From the NCBI GenBank assembly GCA_011109175.1, contig RDEW01000001.1:1130360-1194359 (forward strand): a stretch of 64,000 nucleotides of DNA. The letters run 5' to 3'. The first letter of the stretch is position 1, and each line of letters begins with the position of its first letter. Source of the stretch: Dicyema japonicum (lineage: Eukaryota; Animalia; Dicyemida). This document shows, one piece after another, positions 23,071-35,880 of this stretch. The notes under the pieces are model-generated. The model saw nothing but the letters and a program-made list of their open reading frames with translations, was not told the DNA's origin and did not search any database. The position numbers were made by a program, and so were the translations under genes.

Positions 23071-23129
23071 TTAGAAAACCGCGTGAAGAGAGAAGCACTA
23101 CTTTATTATTGATATTATAACGAATGCCT

Positions 23130-23950
23130 TCAATTCTCTCAAAAGAGATAAAATTATGAAAACTTGTTGAAAGAAGGCTCCAAAGTTTTTTCTCTTGTCA
23201 AATTATCCTACGGGGAAGATATTTCTCTGGTATTTGAAAATGAAATTCGGACCTCTCTTATTTGCTTTGACTATTGATGATGTTGTAAGATCAAATTGAT
23301 GCACAGCTAAATCTCTGGTATCTCGACGATGCCACAATTGGAGGATCATTCAAGGAAACATACAATTCATTACATAAAGCGTTACCCGCTTTAAATAAAT
23401 GTCTCATATCCATACACCGATTTTCTCCCTATCAAGGAGTCTTTTAACGAACAGCTTCCTGGGATCCCGACTGTGCCAGTTGATAAATTATATTTCCTCG
23501 GATGCCCACTCAGCGAAAAAGAACTCAGGAACCATCTACTTTCCAAAAAAGAATTGACACGCCTTGCGAAAAGATTGTCATGTCTCGACTCTCACACATC
23601 CTTCTTCCAGATGAGAAACAAGATCGGACTACCCAAGCTTTTGTACCTACTCCGATGTTCACCTGCTACGAACAATACGACAGTCTACTTTCGACAACAA
23701 ATCTCTCAAACAAACTGTTGAATCACCTAATTAACGTCCACTTGGACGAACTTTTTTGAAAGCAATGTAAGCTTCTCTCTGGATTTAAGGGGGTCGGTCT
23801 AAGATCGCCGCTGGAGTTGCATATTCGGCACATTTATCGTCTCTCTCAAACTGCAGCCATTTGACACGGCAAGTCCTGTATCACACAATTGGACTTCGCT
23901 GGAATGAGTCATTTGACGAAGCTTGTCGGAAATGGAACAAGTCCGGATTC
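23130..23950 (+). mobile_element. CRE-type RT remnant
   Basis: LNLWYLDDATIGGS, LPKLLYLLRCSP. Confidence 0.75.
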
Positions 23951-24867
23951 AAAATTAATTAAAAGTTTTTAATTAAAAAATTAATTGAATTGATTAGTCT
24001 ATTAAAGTCAACAGTTATAAATAAAATAAGTAATTTAATTAAGTGTCTGGAAAATATCGTTATTACAAAAAATCACGAAATAACATGTAATAAATATAAT
24101 TTTTCTTTTTTTAATGTACTTAAAAAAGTATTAATAAATGAAAATATTTAAGAATTAGTTTAACATTTAATATTTACCCTTATATTATTTCTAAACGAGT
24201 TGTCTTTCAGTCCTTTCCACAGAGTTTTCTCAATTCACTCCATTTCTTAAACTTATCGAGCCATCCACGGCTTGATTTAAACTTAATGGTCACAAATACA
24301 CGTGATTAGAATCTATTCCTCCCTCCAAATTTGAGTAAAAGAAATATCCAATCTCTTTCGCGACATTTCTTGACATATGGACTAACAATTAGACGTGGAT
24401 AATGGTAAGGAATTTAAGGATCAGTTTTTGGCTGATCCATCCAACATTTTTAACTAGAATAGATTTTAACCATGTGTCCTGTCTGGGTGGAGCTATAGGT
24501 AATATGGCTCTGCGTGAAGTACGGTATTCCAAAGACCAAGGGTAAAATAAAACTAACTAATACTGTGATCTTAATGCGTTCCAGGAGAGCCCCCATCCAA
24601 GCACAGTGATTCAGAGGACATTCTCTGTGAAACTGAAATCTAAGTCAGAACTTGTCCCAGGAAACGAAATAGTGTCCCTATGGATTAAAAAGATGGATCC
24701 TTTTGAATGCCAGTCAGGCATGGGCGTCGTGATGACGACACTAGAAGGAAGAGAAATCTTCAATCATGTACCCACATTGAACTTTCTATTTTTAACAAAA
24801 TTAATTTTTAATATAAAATAACAAAGAAATTTATAAACTTTATAAAATTAAAAAAAATTATTTAAAG

Positions 24868-26799
24868 TTACAAATTAAGAGAATGATTAGTAATGATGTG
24901 ACTTTTAAGGTCACAGTGGCTTTCAAAGACTGTCTCACAAACACTGCAAGACCACCCAATTTTGTAAATCATGATTCCCCTCATTTTACTATTCATTTCA
25001 AAATTATCGAATATGCAATTCTCACATTCACGTTTGTCTAATATTTTAAAACAAGACAACCTTCAAACAAATTACCACACTTTCTACAATTGTAGTATTT
25101 TTTAATAATTTTGGAAGAAATAAAATTCTGCTGATATTCGTCAAAACTGGAAAGAAGGTCTCCCAATTTCTCATTTTTCTGAGAATAAAAGATCTCTTTG
25201 TGAATGTTGCACAAATAACGTTCAGCAACTTTTTGGATCACAAAATCTGGTAATATGGGACTGAGTTTGCTGATCAGATGACTATAAAGATTTTGAACAT
25301 CTCCATAATAATAAACCCACGTGTACCAGGTTGGGGCATCGTGTTCAGGTTCCATAGCAATCCGACAAATGCTGGGTTCAGGTAACTAATTGGAAAAACC
25401 ACGTTTGAGGGAATTTTGCAATTTTCTAAAATAATAAAATGTCAAAAACGAATATTTTGCATTCCCACTTCTTGCGTATTTAACTGAGATTTCATTAAAC
25501 ATTTGATATGTTCATCCTCACACACGTGGTCCTTATATGCCACGTGAATTGGTTTGTGGCATACATCACAGAAATCAACATTTTCATCTTTCAGTTTTAT
25601 GGCATCTTTCATGATCATGTGCTGAATTTAAGAATTTATTAAAACTCGGATAGTCTTAGGTTTAACATTCAATGTTTTCCCGATGACTTCTATTTGGTGA
25701 TAAGTCGGGTTGTTGTTGACTTTTTTGAGCTTGGAAATAATCTAATTTATCAAATTCTCAAAAACTGTCTTTATCGAGTCGGGAAGTGTTTCGATCGTTT
25801 CACTTTCCTCACTTAGACTGTTGTGACCATCTAAGTATTAATCGACCTGATAATTGGTGCGATAATAGGCAATAATACAACTATTAATAATTAATTAAAC
25901 AAATTATAATTATTTTATCAATATTTAATCGTTTAACAGCTTTTTAGCTTCAATATTATAATTGACAAAAATAACCAACCAGAATCAGAAAAACTCAGAT
26001 GAGAGTGACACGTGCTTTCTAAACTTTCATTCGGAGTTGTCTAATAAAATTAATTAAGTAGGTTTATGCTGTGCTTGACCCAGTGTATGTGTCAAAGGCG
26101 AATTATTAGTAAGCTATACCTTCTCCTTGCTATTGGGACTTTTGTTTAATTTCTTCTCACGTGCTCTCGCATTTTGAAACCAGACTTGCACGACTTTCTT
26201 TTGTAGATTAATTTCCTTCGATATTCTTTCGAGAGAAATGCTGTTCGGACAAGGATTTTGCTTAAAAATAAACACTGAGCCGTACTTTAAATATTTCTGA
26301 CAATTTGCTGACTTGGCTGGCGGAAATTGGAGTCCTGTATCTTCGGTCCTTGTTATTTTTCCCTTCGCTGGATTCTTCCGTCAATTGGTTGTTTCTGGCT
26401 GCAATCTCCAAACATTGTTGTAGAAAGGGTCCGTTAATCAGAGAGCTATCGTAGACAAAACGGTGGAGTTGATTTGGGAATAAGTCCCCCTGTTTGGACA
26501 ACTCAACCGGCCGGTTTTCATGATCATCTGATATCCGCTTTTGGGACTCCTAAGACTTATAATTTTAGTTACCATTCGTTTGAGTTTTTGTCGTGCATTT
26601 TGAAACCACACAGTAATTGTTCTGACTGAAAGTCCTGTAGTTTGTGCCAAGTTCACAATCATATCGTCACGTGGGTAATTCTCCATATTGAATGAAGAAT
26701 TCAAAATTTGTAGCTGCTCTCACTAAACTTGGTTCTTCGTCCTCGAGGATGATGTTGAGACTCGTTCGTTCTTGGGGATTCAGACATCTTCTGCGGCAT
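24868..26799 (-). CDS. ZFHX: Zinc-finger homeobox protein, ZFHX3/4 (zfh2/ATBF1)-like; 9 introns; one 1-nt frameshift near 26720; further upstream exons possible
   Basis: HD RRTKFSE.QLQIL..NYPRDD..TVWFQNARQK; HD DRRYRTPIS..QNPCP..VVQVWFQNARAREKK; degenerate third HD; CDVC..H..H, CRKC and CSVCETVFESHCDLKSHIITNH fingers. Confidence 0.8.
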
Positions 26800-28479
26800 T
26801 ATTATTTGTTTAGATTAAATATTTAATTAATTTAATAATTAATGTAATCAATGACGCTAATTATTCAATTATTCATTATTCAACGAAGCAATAATTTATT
26901 ATAATTTGAAAATTTTCATGATTATGTAAACCATTTGCTTATGATAGCGGTTTATACCTCTGTATTTCCAGAAGTGACTGAGTTTAGATTTTCTTCCTTC
27001 AAAATGAGCTCTGATCTAAAATTTTTGAGATTTGTAATACTTTTGGTTCATGATTTCAGACATCACCTAATAGTAAGAATAAATTTTAGAATTATTTAGC
27101 ATGCGGCTTAATAAATTACATATTAAATAAATCATTTATCGGAAAAATTAATTATATTCATTTATTGATTAATTTAATTTTAAATATAGCTATACAAGTT
27201 GCGGTGTTGTTGATTGTGATGTACTACAATTGAAATAATGGAAAATAAAATATCAAAATCAATGTATAATAATTAATTATATATGTAATTGACATTTAAT
27301 CAATACATCCATAGAGTGCTTGGCAGTTACCATGATCACATATTTTAGATCTTAAATCTTGCTTTTTAATCTGTCATTAGCCACTCGATAAATGTTAATT
27401 AGTCTGATTGAAATCCTAGCATTCTAATTCGTAATTACCATTATCATTAGTCTTATACTTTAACTAGTTAATTAAGTTATCACAATTGATGCGCATGGGG
27501 GAACTCTTATGCTGGCATGAGTCGTATTTTGTTCCAGTATGATAATACGTGGTAGATTCACAGCCAAAGTCATTCCGGTTGGTTTAACATCAGGTGTTAT
27601 GATCTCTAAACTCTACAAAAAGTAATGGAGGTTCTATGAGGATACGTCCAATCTGCTGTGTTTAGGAAGGCACATGAGAGGATGCTTGGCGAAAAACTTG
27701 GAGGAGGAATTCGTTTCTGTATTAAATCAGTTGTGGAGCTGACGATACAGTATGGTCAGAGATGACCATTAATCTGAAAGATAAATTATCTTTGTTTAAA
27801 AGTTAAATGTGAAATTAATGTACTTTAATGTTACTAGTCTACTAAATTTAATGTATTAAAATTAAGTATAATTTAAAGACATTATTAATAAAGTACTTCA
27901 ATTTAAAGTGATTTTTGAATTATTCGATGGGTTTCTTACCAATGTGAACTCTATTCCGTAAGGACTATTCAGATTCACTGTTATTCTTCCACACACTCTG
28001 GAAAATCTGCTAATTTTGTAGATAAATGAATTTTCTGTCGAATTTGATTTATTGATTGAGATAAGTATTAGTAAACCAATTTATTGAGGTTTCGTGCTGG
28101 CATGTATAATCCTTAAATTTGTAGTATTTTATGAAGACTAAGCTACCCATGGTTTGTAATTTCAGCACGTGTGTTGTGCTAATTGGTCTAACATTAATTT
28201 GGTAATTACAGGACAATTTGAGTTATTGTTTTTAGGAAAGGTCAATCACATATCAGAAATAATGATTTTAGTTGTCATTTCCCTACAAATCATGAAATGT
28301 GTTTTAGATTTTGAGCAGCCGCGCTTAATTGAAATGTTTTGTTAGTTTTTAACTTAATTGTTTGATAAATATTGAGTTAAAAAATAATTAAAATATTGGT
28401 TTGAGTTAGAAAAAACTTCCTCTGAATGCTTTATTGTTAAAGGAAAACAACTAGCTAAAAGTTCCCTTCAGGGTGGTCG

Positions 28480-29230
28480 TTCAGAATTGAGACGGATTTC
28501 CTTTTGTAAGGCTTTCAATAACCAATTTCCCTCGTTCTTGTTCCTCTTCTTCCTCAAGATACAAAACGGTTCAGCAAAATTAGCGACCTGCTTTCAATGA
28601 TCCCCCGACTTTTCGATTTAGTGACATGTCGATTAAAAAATGAACTGTCTACCGACACTTTCATATTTTTAAGTGTCTCGGAAAGTGCATGGGAGAACTA
28701 TGAGCCACGTATGAGACTAATTCAGCTTGTGATTTGTTTATGTGAAGTAAGATCTGACATTTTTAGACAAGAGACGTTGAATGATGGGAGGTTAAGTTTC
28801 AGTGGTGAGCGGATTTCAATTTCATCAAGAGAAATGCTCAGTATTCCTGCTATAGCGACTTTTTGCGTTTCGCCGATAGTTCGGTTTTAAATGGTTCGTT
28901 TTTTATACTCGTAAAAAGGAGACGTGAAACGAAAAGTCGTGAGGGAGTGTGATGTATTCGATCGAGAGTTGTTAGGTTAGACAAGAAAGTTGGACATAAT
29001 CGCTTTTTGTTGTAATAAAGTTGACATTTTCTTGTGATATAGTGGAAAGCTGAGGAAAATAGCATTTTCAGTTTCGGTGATCGAGATATTTGACAGGTAA
29101 CCGGAAAGCATCACCGATGTTTGACTGAACTCGTCTTCTGTACAAGCGACGTCAACGACTCGACTTTTTTTGACTCCATCCGAGTGTTGCGAAAGTGGAA
29201 ACGGTGGAATAAATTTTGTCACCACTGTTT
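28480..29230 (-). mobile_element. Possible Gypsy/Mag-type gag remnant
   Basis: PBS-like TGGTGAC followed by KFIPPF..W..KVES-like N-terminus; heavily decayed. Confidence 0.35.
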
Positions 29231-29262
29231 CCTAGTTTCTTTTAATTGGGGATCCTCTAGTT

Positions 29263-29830
29263 CAGGCATGTCAAACTTAAAGAGCTCCAGAGACCGCATA
29301 AGATAACTTGAGTATACAGGCGGGTCGCACTAACAAATCAAAATGTATGACTATGCATCAGTTGATAAACATGCAAGTTTACTCAAATCAAAATCAGTCA
29401 ACTGTTTAAGTTTTAAAACACGTTTCGCCCGTTGTAGTGTCATGCATTGGAATCAGTTTTTCATATTATTAAATTCACTGTCACAGGCCCTAATGAATAC
29501 TGAAAGCTGTGCTATTCCAGTGATTTCAACGGTCTCAATAGCAATATAAAAGTGTTCAGATTTAGATGATGCAGCCTTCAGCTGATGTTTCAAATCATCC
29601 CCCATTTCATCAATCCGTTCAGCAACAGTGTTCCTGATTGATGAAATTTCTTTCACCGTAAGAATTACCACCATGGTGATCATTTAGCTGAGTTCATAGC
29701 TTGCAGTAACCAAACTAAACAAGTATCTTTGCATTAACCATTGAACAAAAGTACTGTAGTTCCCATTTTTTAAATACCCGTCTTTCTTCTTCAAGTTTCC
29801 TTTTTTTCTTATCTGAAGATGCCAATCTAA
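29263..29830 (-). mobile_element. hAT (SPIN/GTF2IRD2-like) remnant with one terminus
   Basis: Terminus CAGGCATGTCAAAC; SIRNTVAERIDEM, IAI.....TGIAQLSVFIR. Confidence 0.75.
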
Positions 29831-29911
29831 ATGGAGTCAGTTGGCCCAGGCAATTAATATAATAACCGACGAGATTCCACAAGATACAATTTATTATTAT
29901 TTTTTAAAATA

Positions 29912-30095
29912 AGTTGTGGAAACCCCTCCAGTGGAGTGGGGGAGAGCAAATGATCCGTTTTCGTGCCGGCCTGGCACTGGGCGCCACCTAGACAGGTGGA
30001 TCACATGACGTCACTCTATTAAGAAGAGAGGAGGAACAGACAAGCAAGCAGAAACTTCAATCAATTAACCACGCAGCACCACATGGCGCCACGCG
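29912..30095 (-). mobile_element. Ingi-derived SINE subfamily A, 5' half
   Basis: High identity to 14345-14485 and 38735-38925. Confidence 0.8.
29951..30012 (-). ncRNA. Candidate HDV-like ribozyme, best-preserved copy
   Basis: GACGTC-ATG-TGATCC-ACC-TGTCTA-GGT-GGCGCC-CAG-TGCC-AGGCC-GGCA-CGAAAAC-GGATCA gives P1, P2, P3, L3, P3', P1', P1.1, P4, J4/2, P2'. Confidence 0.6.
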
Positions 30096-30099
30096 GTAA

Positions 30100-31070
30100 G
30101 ACTCCAAAGAAGTTGAATGTATTAAAGAACTGGAAGAAAACGGCTATTTCAGAAAAGATCAATTTGGCTTTCGTCAGGGTTGATCCTACGGTGATTTTAT
30201 ATTTCCTTACAGCTACGAGTTAACAAAGACCAGAGACTCCGAATGTTTTTTAAATGTAATGTCTTGACACCTCAAAGGCTTCTGATAGTGTAAACCACAA
30301 AGCCATAATCAGTCAACTATCTCCAACAGGAAGCCCGAAACAACTGGTAGTACCTAACATTAAGAATGTTTTATGGTACCAACGTTTCCTTTCAAAGGTG
30401 ATATTGAAGAATTTTGATTAAATGTGCCAATGTTATTCGTCTCCGAGGTCTTGACTTGCTACGAGATCTCTGACATGTGCTGACGACGTAGTACTGTCTA
30501 ACATGTCAAGATCGAGTATGACCTCGGAGAGGAGAGTAAATGCATATATGGAAGAGATAAGAGACTGATGCAGTTTCCAAGGTTTAAAGCTATCAAAAGA
30601 AAAATCAAAAGCAATAAAGTTTTTAGACGGAACAAAAATAGTCGTCAGCGAGGCACTCTATGTAAAGTCAGGATTGTGAATTTTTGAAATATCTGAGAAC
30701 TGCATTCGAAAAATGGGGAGTGTACAATATACTACATCAACCTCCGGGAGAAAAGGGAGCGAAAATGCTTTTATTTCTTTATGTACGATAATTCCATCGC
30801 TCCTCTACGGACATGAGGATGGCACATAACTAGAAACATTATCTCGCTTCTCAAAAGTCGAGGAGAGCATGAATGAAGATTTCTCTGCGCATACGACTTG
30901 ACGAGAAGAATGTCGATCGGAGAACTTGTAAATAAAAGGATGACGATCTTTTTAAGAAAAAATGCGATCCTTGAGTCTTACATGGCAACTCCAAATAAAA
31001 TATAAGAGAGATGCGGTTGGAGGAGAAGAGTTCAAGTTACGGCTTTTGTTGGAAGAAGCCTAAAAAAGCC
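30100..31070 (+). mobile_element. Decayed non-LTR RT remnant
   Basis: QFGFRQG, LDTSKASDSVNH, CADD. Confidence 0.55.
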
Positions 31071-31139
31071 ACCTTTACATTTTTTAATAAAGTTTCGTTA
31101 AGCGCATTAAAGAACAAAAAATAATAAAAAACGAAAATT

Positions 31140-32060
31140 CTAAATCAAGTTAGGAAAAGCACTCCTCATCAGGTCTTCCCATTCTCCATCCACTCTGAAT
31201 TCCCTCTCATTGTCGCCCTCGAAGGAATATCTCCCGGGAAACATCTTATTCTGGACATTCTAAAATGCCAGAACCCTCAAACCCTCAAAATACGCTGTGT
31301 GCTATAATTCAGCGGAAGTTCTTCCAAAATAGGGTCATTTCTGCAATCAAGTCAAACTCGACCTCTTCACCAGATCAAAGGAATCGATCAAAGCATCCAC
31401 AGCGTTCAACGACTTAGGACTTTTCGGAGACATGATTGGAAGAGATCCGAAGGCAACGGGTTTCACATCCTCAGTGAATGCCAATTCGGACCAATAAAAC
31501 ATCTCTTCTAAGAACAAAAAATACATCAGGAAGTCTGGGCATCAAAAATCCGATACGGGGACAGCAAGCACGGGAAAAAACTCTCCGAACAATGCAGACG
31601 ACATCGCACTCAGCACATCCCTTCACCAGGGCGGAAAAGGCCAAATTTCCTTGTGCCGTAACAAGGGAGACCGAGTCCCCAGTCCAGTATGACCGGTGGA
31701 CCTAAGTTTGATCATTTATACCACAACATTTGATGTTTTCGTAAAACCCAAAAATTTCAGAGACTTTTCCGAAGATATCCGTGCGTTTTCTTCGTCTATG
31801 TGGGTAAACCCAACAAGAGACCCCCCATAATAGTACGCTGATATAACTATGCCATCAAACCGTTACAGATATCATCCACAGGCTCATCAGTCCCAGGTCG
31901 AAGATGTACAGTTTTACGTTTTAACGGAGACGGACCACCAAGAAATGGCTCACAGTCACTGGTGCCATAAATTACTCTGAGATTCGAACTTTTCTTTGTC
32001 TGTTAAAACTGAGAAAGAAACAAAACCAAAACACAGCTCTTGATCGGAATGGAAAGGTGG
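31140..32060 (-). mobile_element. Possible LINE ORF1 (zinc-knuckle) remnant
   Basis: PCYGTRKFGLFR..VRC-like degenerate CCHC pattern. Confidence 0.35.
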
Positions 32061-32964
32061 GCACCGATTTCGAGATTGCAATTCCAAAAAACGGGTTTTT
32101 TCTCGGGAAAAACAATAAACTCCAACTTTTTGGAAAATTCACTGGTTTTTGAAAACAAAATACTCAAAATTGAAAATATTTAACATTGGGTGTGGATCGA
32201 CGGGAAAGGGAGTTCTAAAATAAGTGTCTCTTCTAACATTAGGCTGACCTCGTCCAGACGATGAACGTGGGCTGTGATTTGAGGATCAAAAGATCCAAAA
32301 AATAATAATTTTATCAATTCCTTGGGTTTATACCTAAAATTTCAATTTATTTTAATTACATAGTTTTAATAAATTTTATCGAATTTTCAATAAAATTTAA
32401 ATCTTAAGAATTATTTAAATCTTACTGTGGTTGCACGTGCGTGTAAATTTGTATTGTATCAGACTGTTCACGGAGCTGGCCTTGATTGGACAGAATGGGA
32501 CTATGATCTCTTAATATAGGACAAAATTGGTAACCAAGATTATTTTCATTGTGGTTGTCAGACCTGGTCAAGACAGCTACCTGATTTTTTTGATTGGTTA
32601 TAATCTGAACATAAGAGTAAATTAACCTCGTGTTGTAAAAATTCTGCAACCATGTGTTTCGCGTATTCAGAATGAGTCATGCCTTCCCTGTAGTCAGAGG
32701 ACATTTCTGGGGAATTTTCGATTATTATTAGGAAATTAGTGACCATCACTATATACAGTAGTTTAAATTAATTTTAATTTATGATTATTTGAGTTTTTTG
32801 AATATTTTTTGAATTTTTTAATGAGTAAATTAAAACTAATTTATTTATTGTTATTAAAAATGTTAAAAAAGCATTTGATTTAGGGAGTTTGAATGGCATT
32901 GCTGTTTCCTCTGACAATATTATCTTAAGGCATCCATTCTCACGTGGATTTTTTGTGATAATTT

Positions 32965-33190
32965 AGCCGATCTGACGGACTAGATCATTCGCCTCTGAGC
33001 CGAGGATTTCTGACGTATCAACAGCAAATGAGACAAGTAGATGATCCTCCGAAATGCTTCGGTACTTCCTTCTCTTCTGATCTTCGGCTTGTTTAGAACC
33101 ATGACCTGGGTCTGAGACTGAAGCAGCCAAATTTTGCTGAGAGTATATATCAACACATGTAGCGTCACAGCCAGGTTCCGACCATTAGCA
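32965..33190 (-). mobile_element. CRE-type RLE fragment
   Basis: Homologous to 44330-44570. Confidence 0.7.
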
Positions 33191-33785
33191 ATACTTTAAA
33201 TAAAGTAATAAAAAAACATATAATGTGAAAAAATCCGACTCTCAAGATATACAAAATTATACCCATTCAACCTCTGAAGTCTAAGAACAAAAGAGCTTGG
33301 AGCAAGCTAACTAATTTTCTTATATTTTTTGCTGCACATGGGCTCTCGTGAAAGTGCTAATAATAAAAACCTCTGAAAGTTTCCCTCCTGTTCGCTAATT
33401 CGAATTGTTTCCCAAAATATCATTTTATCATTAATACAAAATTAATATTTCGATCTTTATCAAAGTTCACTAAATGATACAAAATCTACTGATTATCTCG
33501 TGTGATCGTTCCTTTCTAACAATCCCATTGCTTATATCTAAGCATCGTAAAAATATGGTTGATTCAAGTTCTTAAGTCTGTACTCACATATTCACAGTTA
33601 TCTTCACCTATCCACATTCCATATGTAGGATGCCTTCAGTAATTAAATTCATCTGCTGGGAGTCCTCATTTAACTATTGATGATGCTTGTCAAAAGCCAC
33701 CAGCAATAACAATAGCAATCTCTTCAACCACTTTGTTTGTGCGCTATTGTATACTTGTCCCTCATAATCAAGCACATGTTTTAAG

Positions 33786-34453
33786 GTTCCCATTCAAAAT
33801 GGCCTCCGATTAATTTTTCAGGTTTTGGATAAGTTCATCAATAAAACATCACGAGATATTTTACAATGCGTTTAGGTCAAAAAGTCATCTTTTTTTAAAT
33901 CTTATAAAAATCGATTTTAAGGCTCCTATGGGTGAGCGGAACATTTTACCAATGTCCTCGACATCTTTAGGTGAAAAAGTCATCTTTTTTAATATTCTTA
34001 TATAACTTTAAAATGAAAGATTTATTTTCAAAAAGAAAAAAAGAAAATGATTATAAATGTTAATAAATACATATTCTACTAAATTAAATATATATTCTGT
34101 CGGATCCATATTAAGTAATATTTGTTTTGCAACAAATCTCAATATATTCTCAGATAAAGCGATATATTTAGTTTTTCTAAGAATTTTTTCTCCATTTTGT
34201 AATCTTAAGAATTTTATCATTATGCCTTTTTCTTCTTTTATCAATTTCTTTACAGAATTTCTTGGCGTGTCCCAAAATCATAGGGTCTGGAGGACCTTGG
34301 TAAAATGTTCCGCTTACCCATAGGACCACTTTATGAGATTTAAAAAAATGACTTTTTTACCTAAAGATGTCGTTTCGCTAAAATCTCGTGATGTTTATTG
34401 ATGAACTTACCCAAAACCTGAAAAATTAATTGGAGGCCATTTTGAACGGACAC
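33786..34453 (-). mobile_element. Non-autonomous Mutator-like element (MULE), about 170-nt TIRs, 9-10 bp TSD
   Basis: TIR TTCAAAATGGCCTCC..TTTTTCAGGTTTTGG / CCAAAACCTGAAAAA..GGAGGCCATTTTGAA; flanks ATGTTTTAAG and GTGTTTTAAG. Confidence 0.8.
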
Positions 34454-34639
34454 GTGTTTTAAGTATTAAACCAACCCTGAATTTTTGAATATTATAATAC
34501 CAAATCTTCATTATGGATTGAATAACTTGGAATGAATTGTCTTACCACCATACAAAAGTTGGAAATCCGGCCAGAACGATTTCAAGAATAAGACTGTCTT
34601 GGACTTGAAGACTCTAATAGTCTCAACGATAACGGACTG

Positions 34640-35365
34640 CATGTGGAATTTGCTCGAGAGGCTGTCGTATTTTCTTATTTGTAAAGTTTTCGAATCCTCA
34701 GCTTTCTATGTGGAGTCCTTAAAATGGAATAGGTGTCCATGCACGTTCCATCCCAGATCAGGCATTTCCATCAAAAGAAATGGAAAACCTTGATGCCGTC
34801 GGGGCTCCTTTCATCTCCACGGTCCAGGGCCATTGGTTCCGGAGCCGACGGGAATCTGATTAACGTTGCATACAAACTTGTGATTAATGGCGACTAAGTC
34901 CGCCCAACAAATGCTTGAAGAGCCGGAACTTTGGCTCTCGAGGCGGAGGCTCAACACATCAGCAACAAAGTCATCCGCCACGCTGTTTACCACGTACAAA
35001 AGACAGTTCTGTGTCGAACCAAAATCCTTATAAAGAAGAGACTGTTCCTATTAACAAAACACCGAAGATTCTTAGGGTCACCTTTAAACAGGGACTCTTG
35101 GACCAGAACACAAAATCCAACCCATTGAAAATTTCTTAGTAGAATTACAACAGAAACTCTTAAAGGTGGCTACTCTACCGAGCTGCCCTTTGTTCCATGC
35201 ACTATCAAAATATCTACAATCATACAGAAAGTTTGAGCCGATGCCATGTTCGATGAAAAGAACTGAACAGATTCTCGTCCTCTTCCGTGTCAATTTGGGA
35301 TCACTGAGTTAGGTGAGAACTTTTATTTCTTTCCTTTACCCATTGATCCTTTGGTAATAATGCAA
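34640..35365 (+). mobile_element. Ingi-like LINE 3' remnant
   Basis: WLSRRRLNTSATKSSATLFT, PINKTPKILRVTF, GIT-stop and TTTACCCATTGATCCTTTGG(TAA)n tail. Confidence 0.7.
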
Positions 35366-35880
35366 AATTATTTGTGGGACAAGTGATGGACAGTGCCTAC
35401 GTTGTACAATTTTACTAATTTTCTTTTCTCCCATCTGTTATTATATTTTTTAAGTTTAGACAAACCACACGATATTACAGCGAATTTATTAGGTAATAAT
35501 GAGATTTTCTTAATATCGTTGGAACCTCCAGGACAGGAAAATGCCAAATGGGTGGGCCTCTAGTTAATAAAATAGAAAAAATTAAATTTCTTTAATACAG
35601 TCAAGTCCCTCCAATTGGTTAACTAAAGCTTATTGAATCAAGACTCAATCAACGTTTATTGTTTTAGATTTTTTGAATACCCGCGTATCTCCGTTATCAA
35701 ATATATTATTTACCTTATCACCTCAATAATCGATATTTATCGAAGATAAAAAAATATTACAGAGCTGTCTCATTAAGCAGTTAGTGAATTCTAGTATTAT
35801 TAATCGACAGTGAAATAATGGATGTCTTATAAATAGATAAATATTAAATTCAAAAACAAATATTACCAAAAATCCAATAA

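Noticed and set aside
25285-25330. Possible non-canonical ZFHX intron ending in TG or GG
   Set aside because: A canonical 26-nt GT-AG intron restores the frame
32420-32750. Possible APE-like (Helentron endonuclease) fragment, GSCLDQV...DHSPIL
   Set aside because: Too short and decayed to support a call
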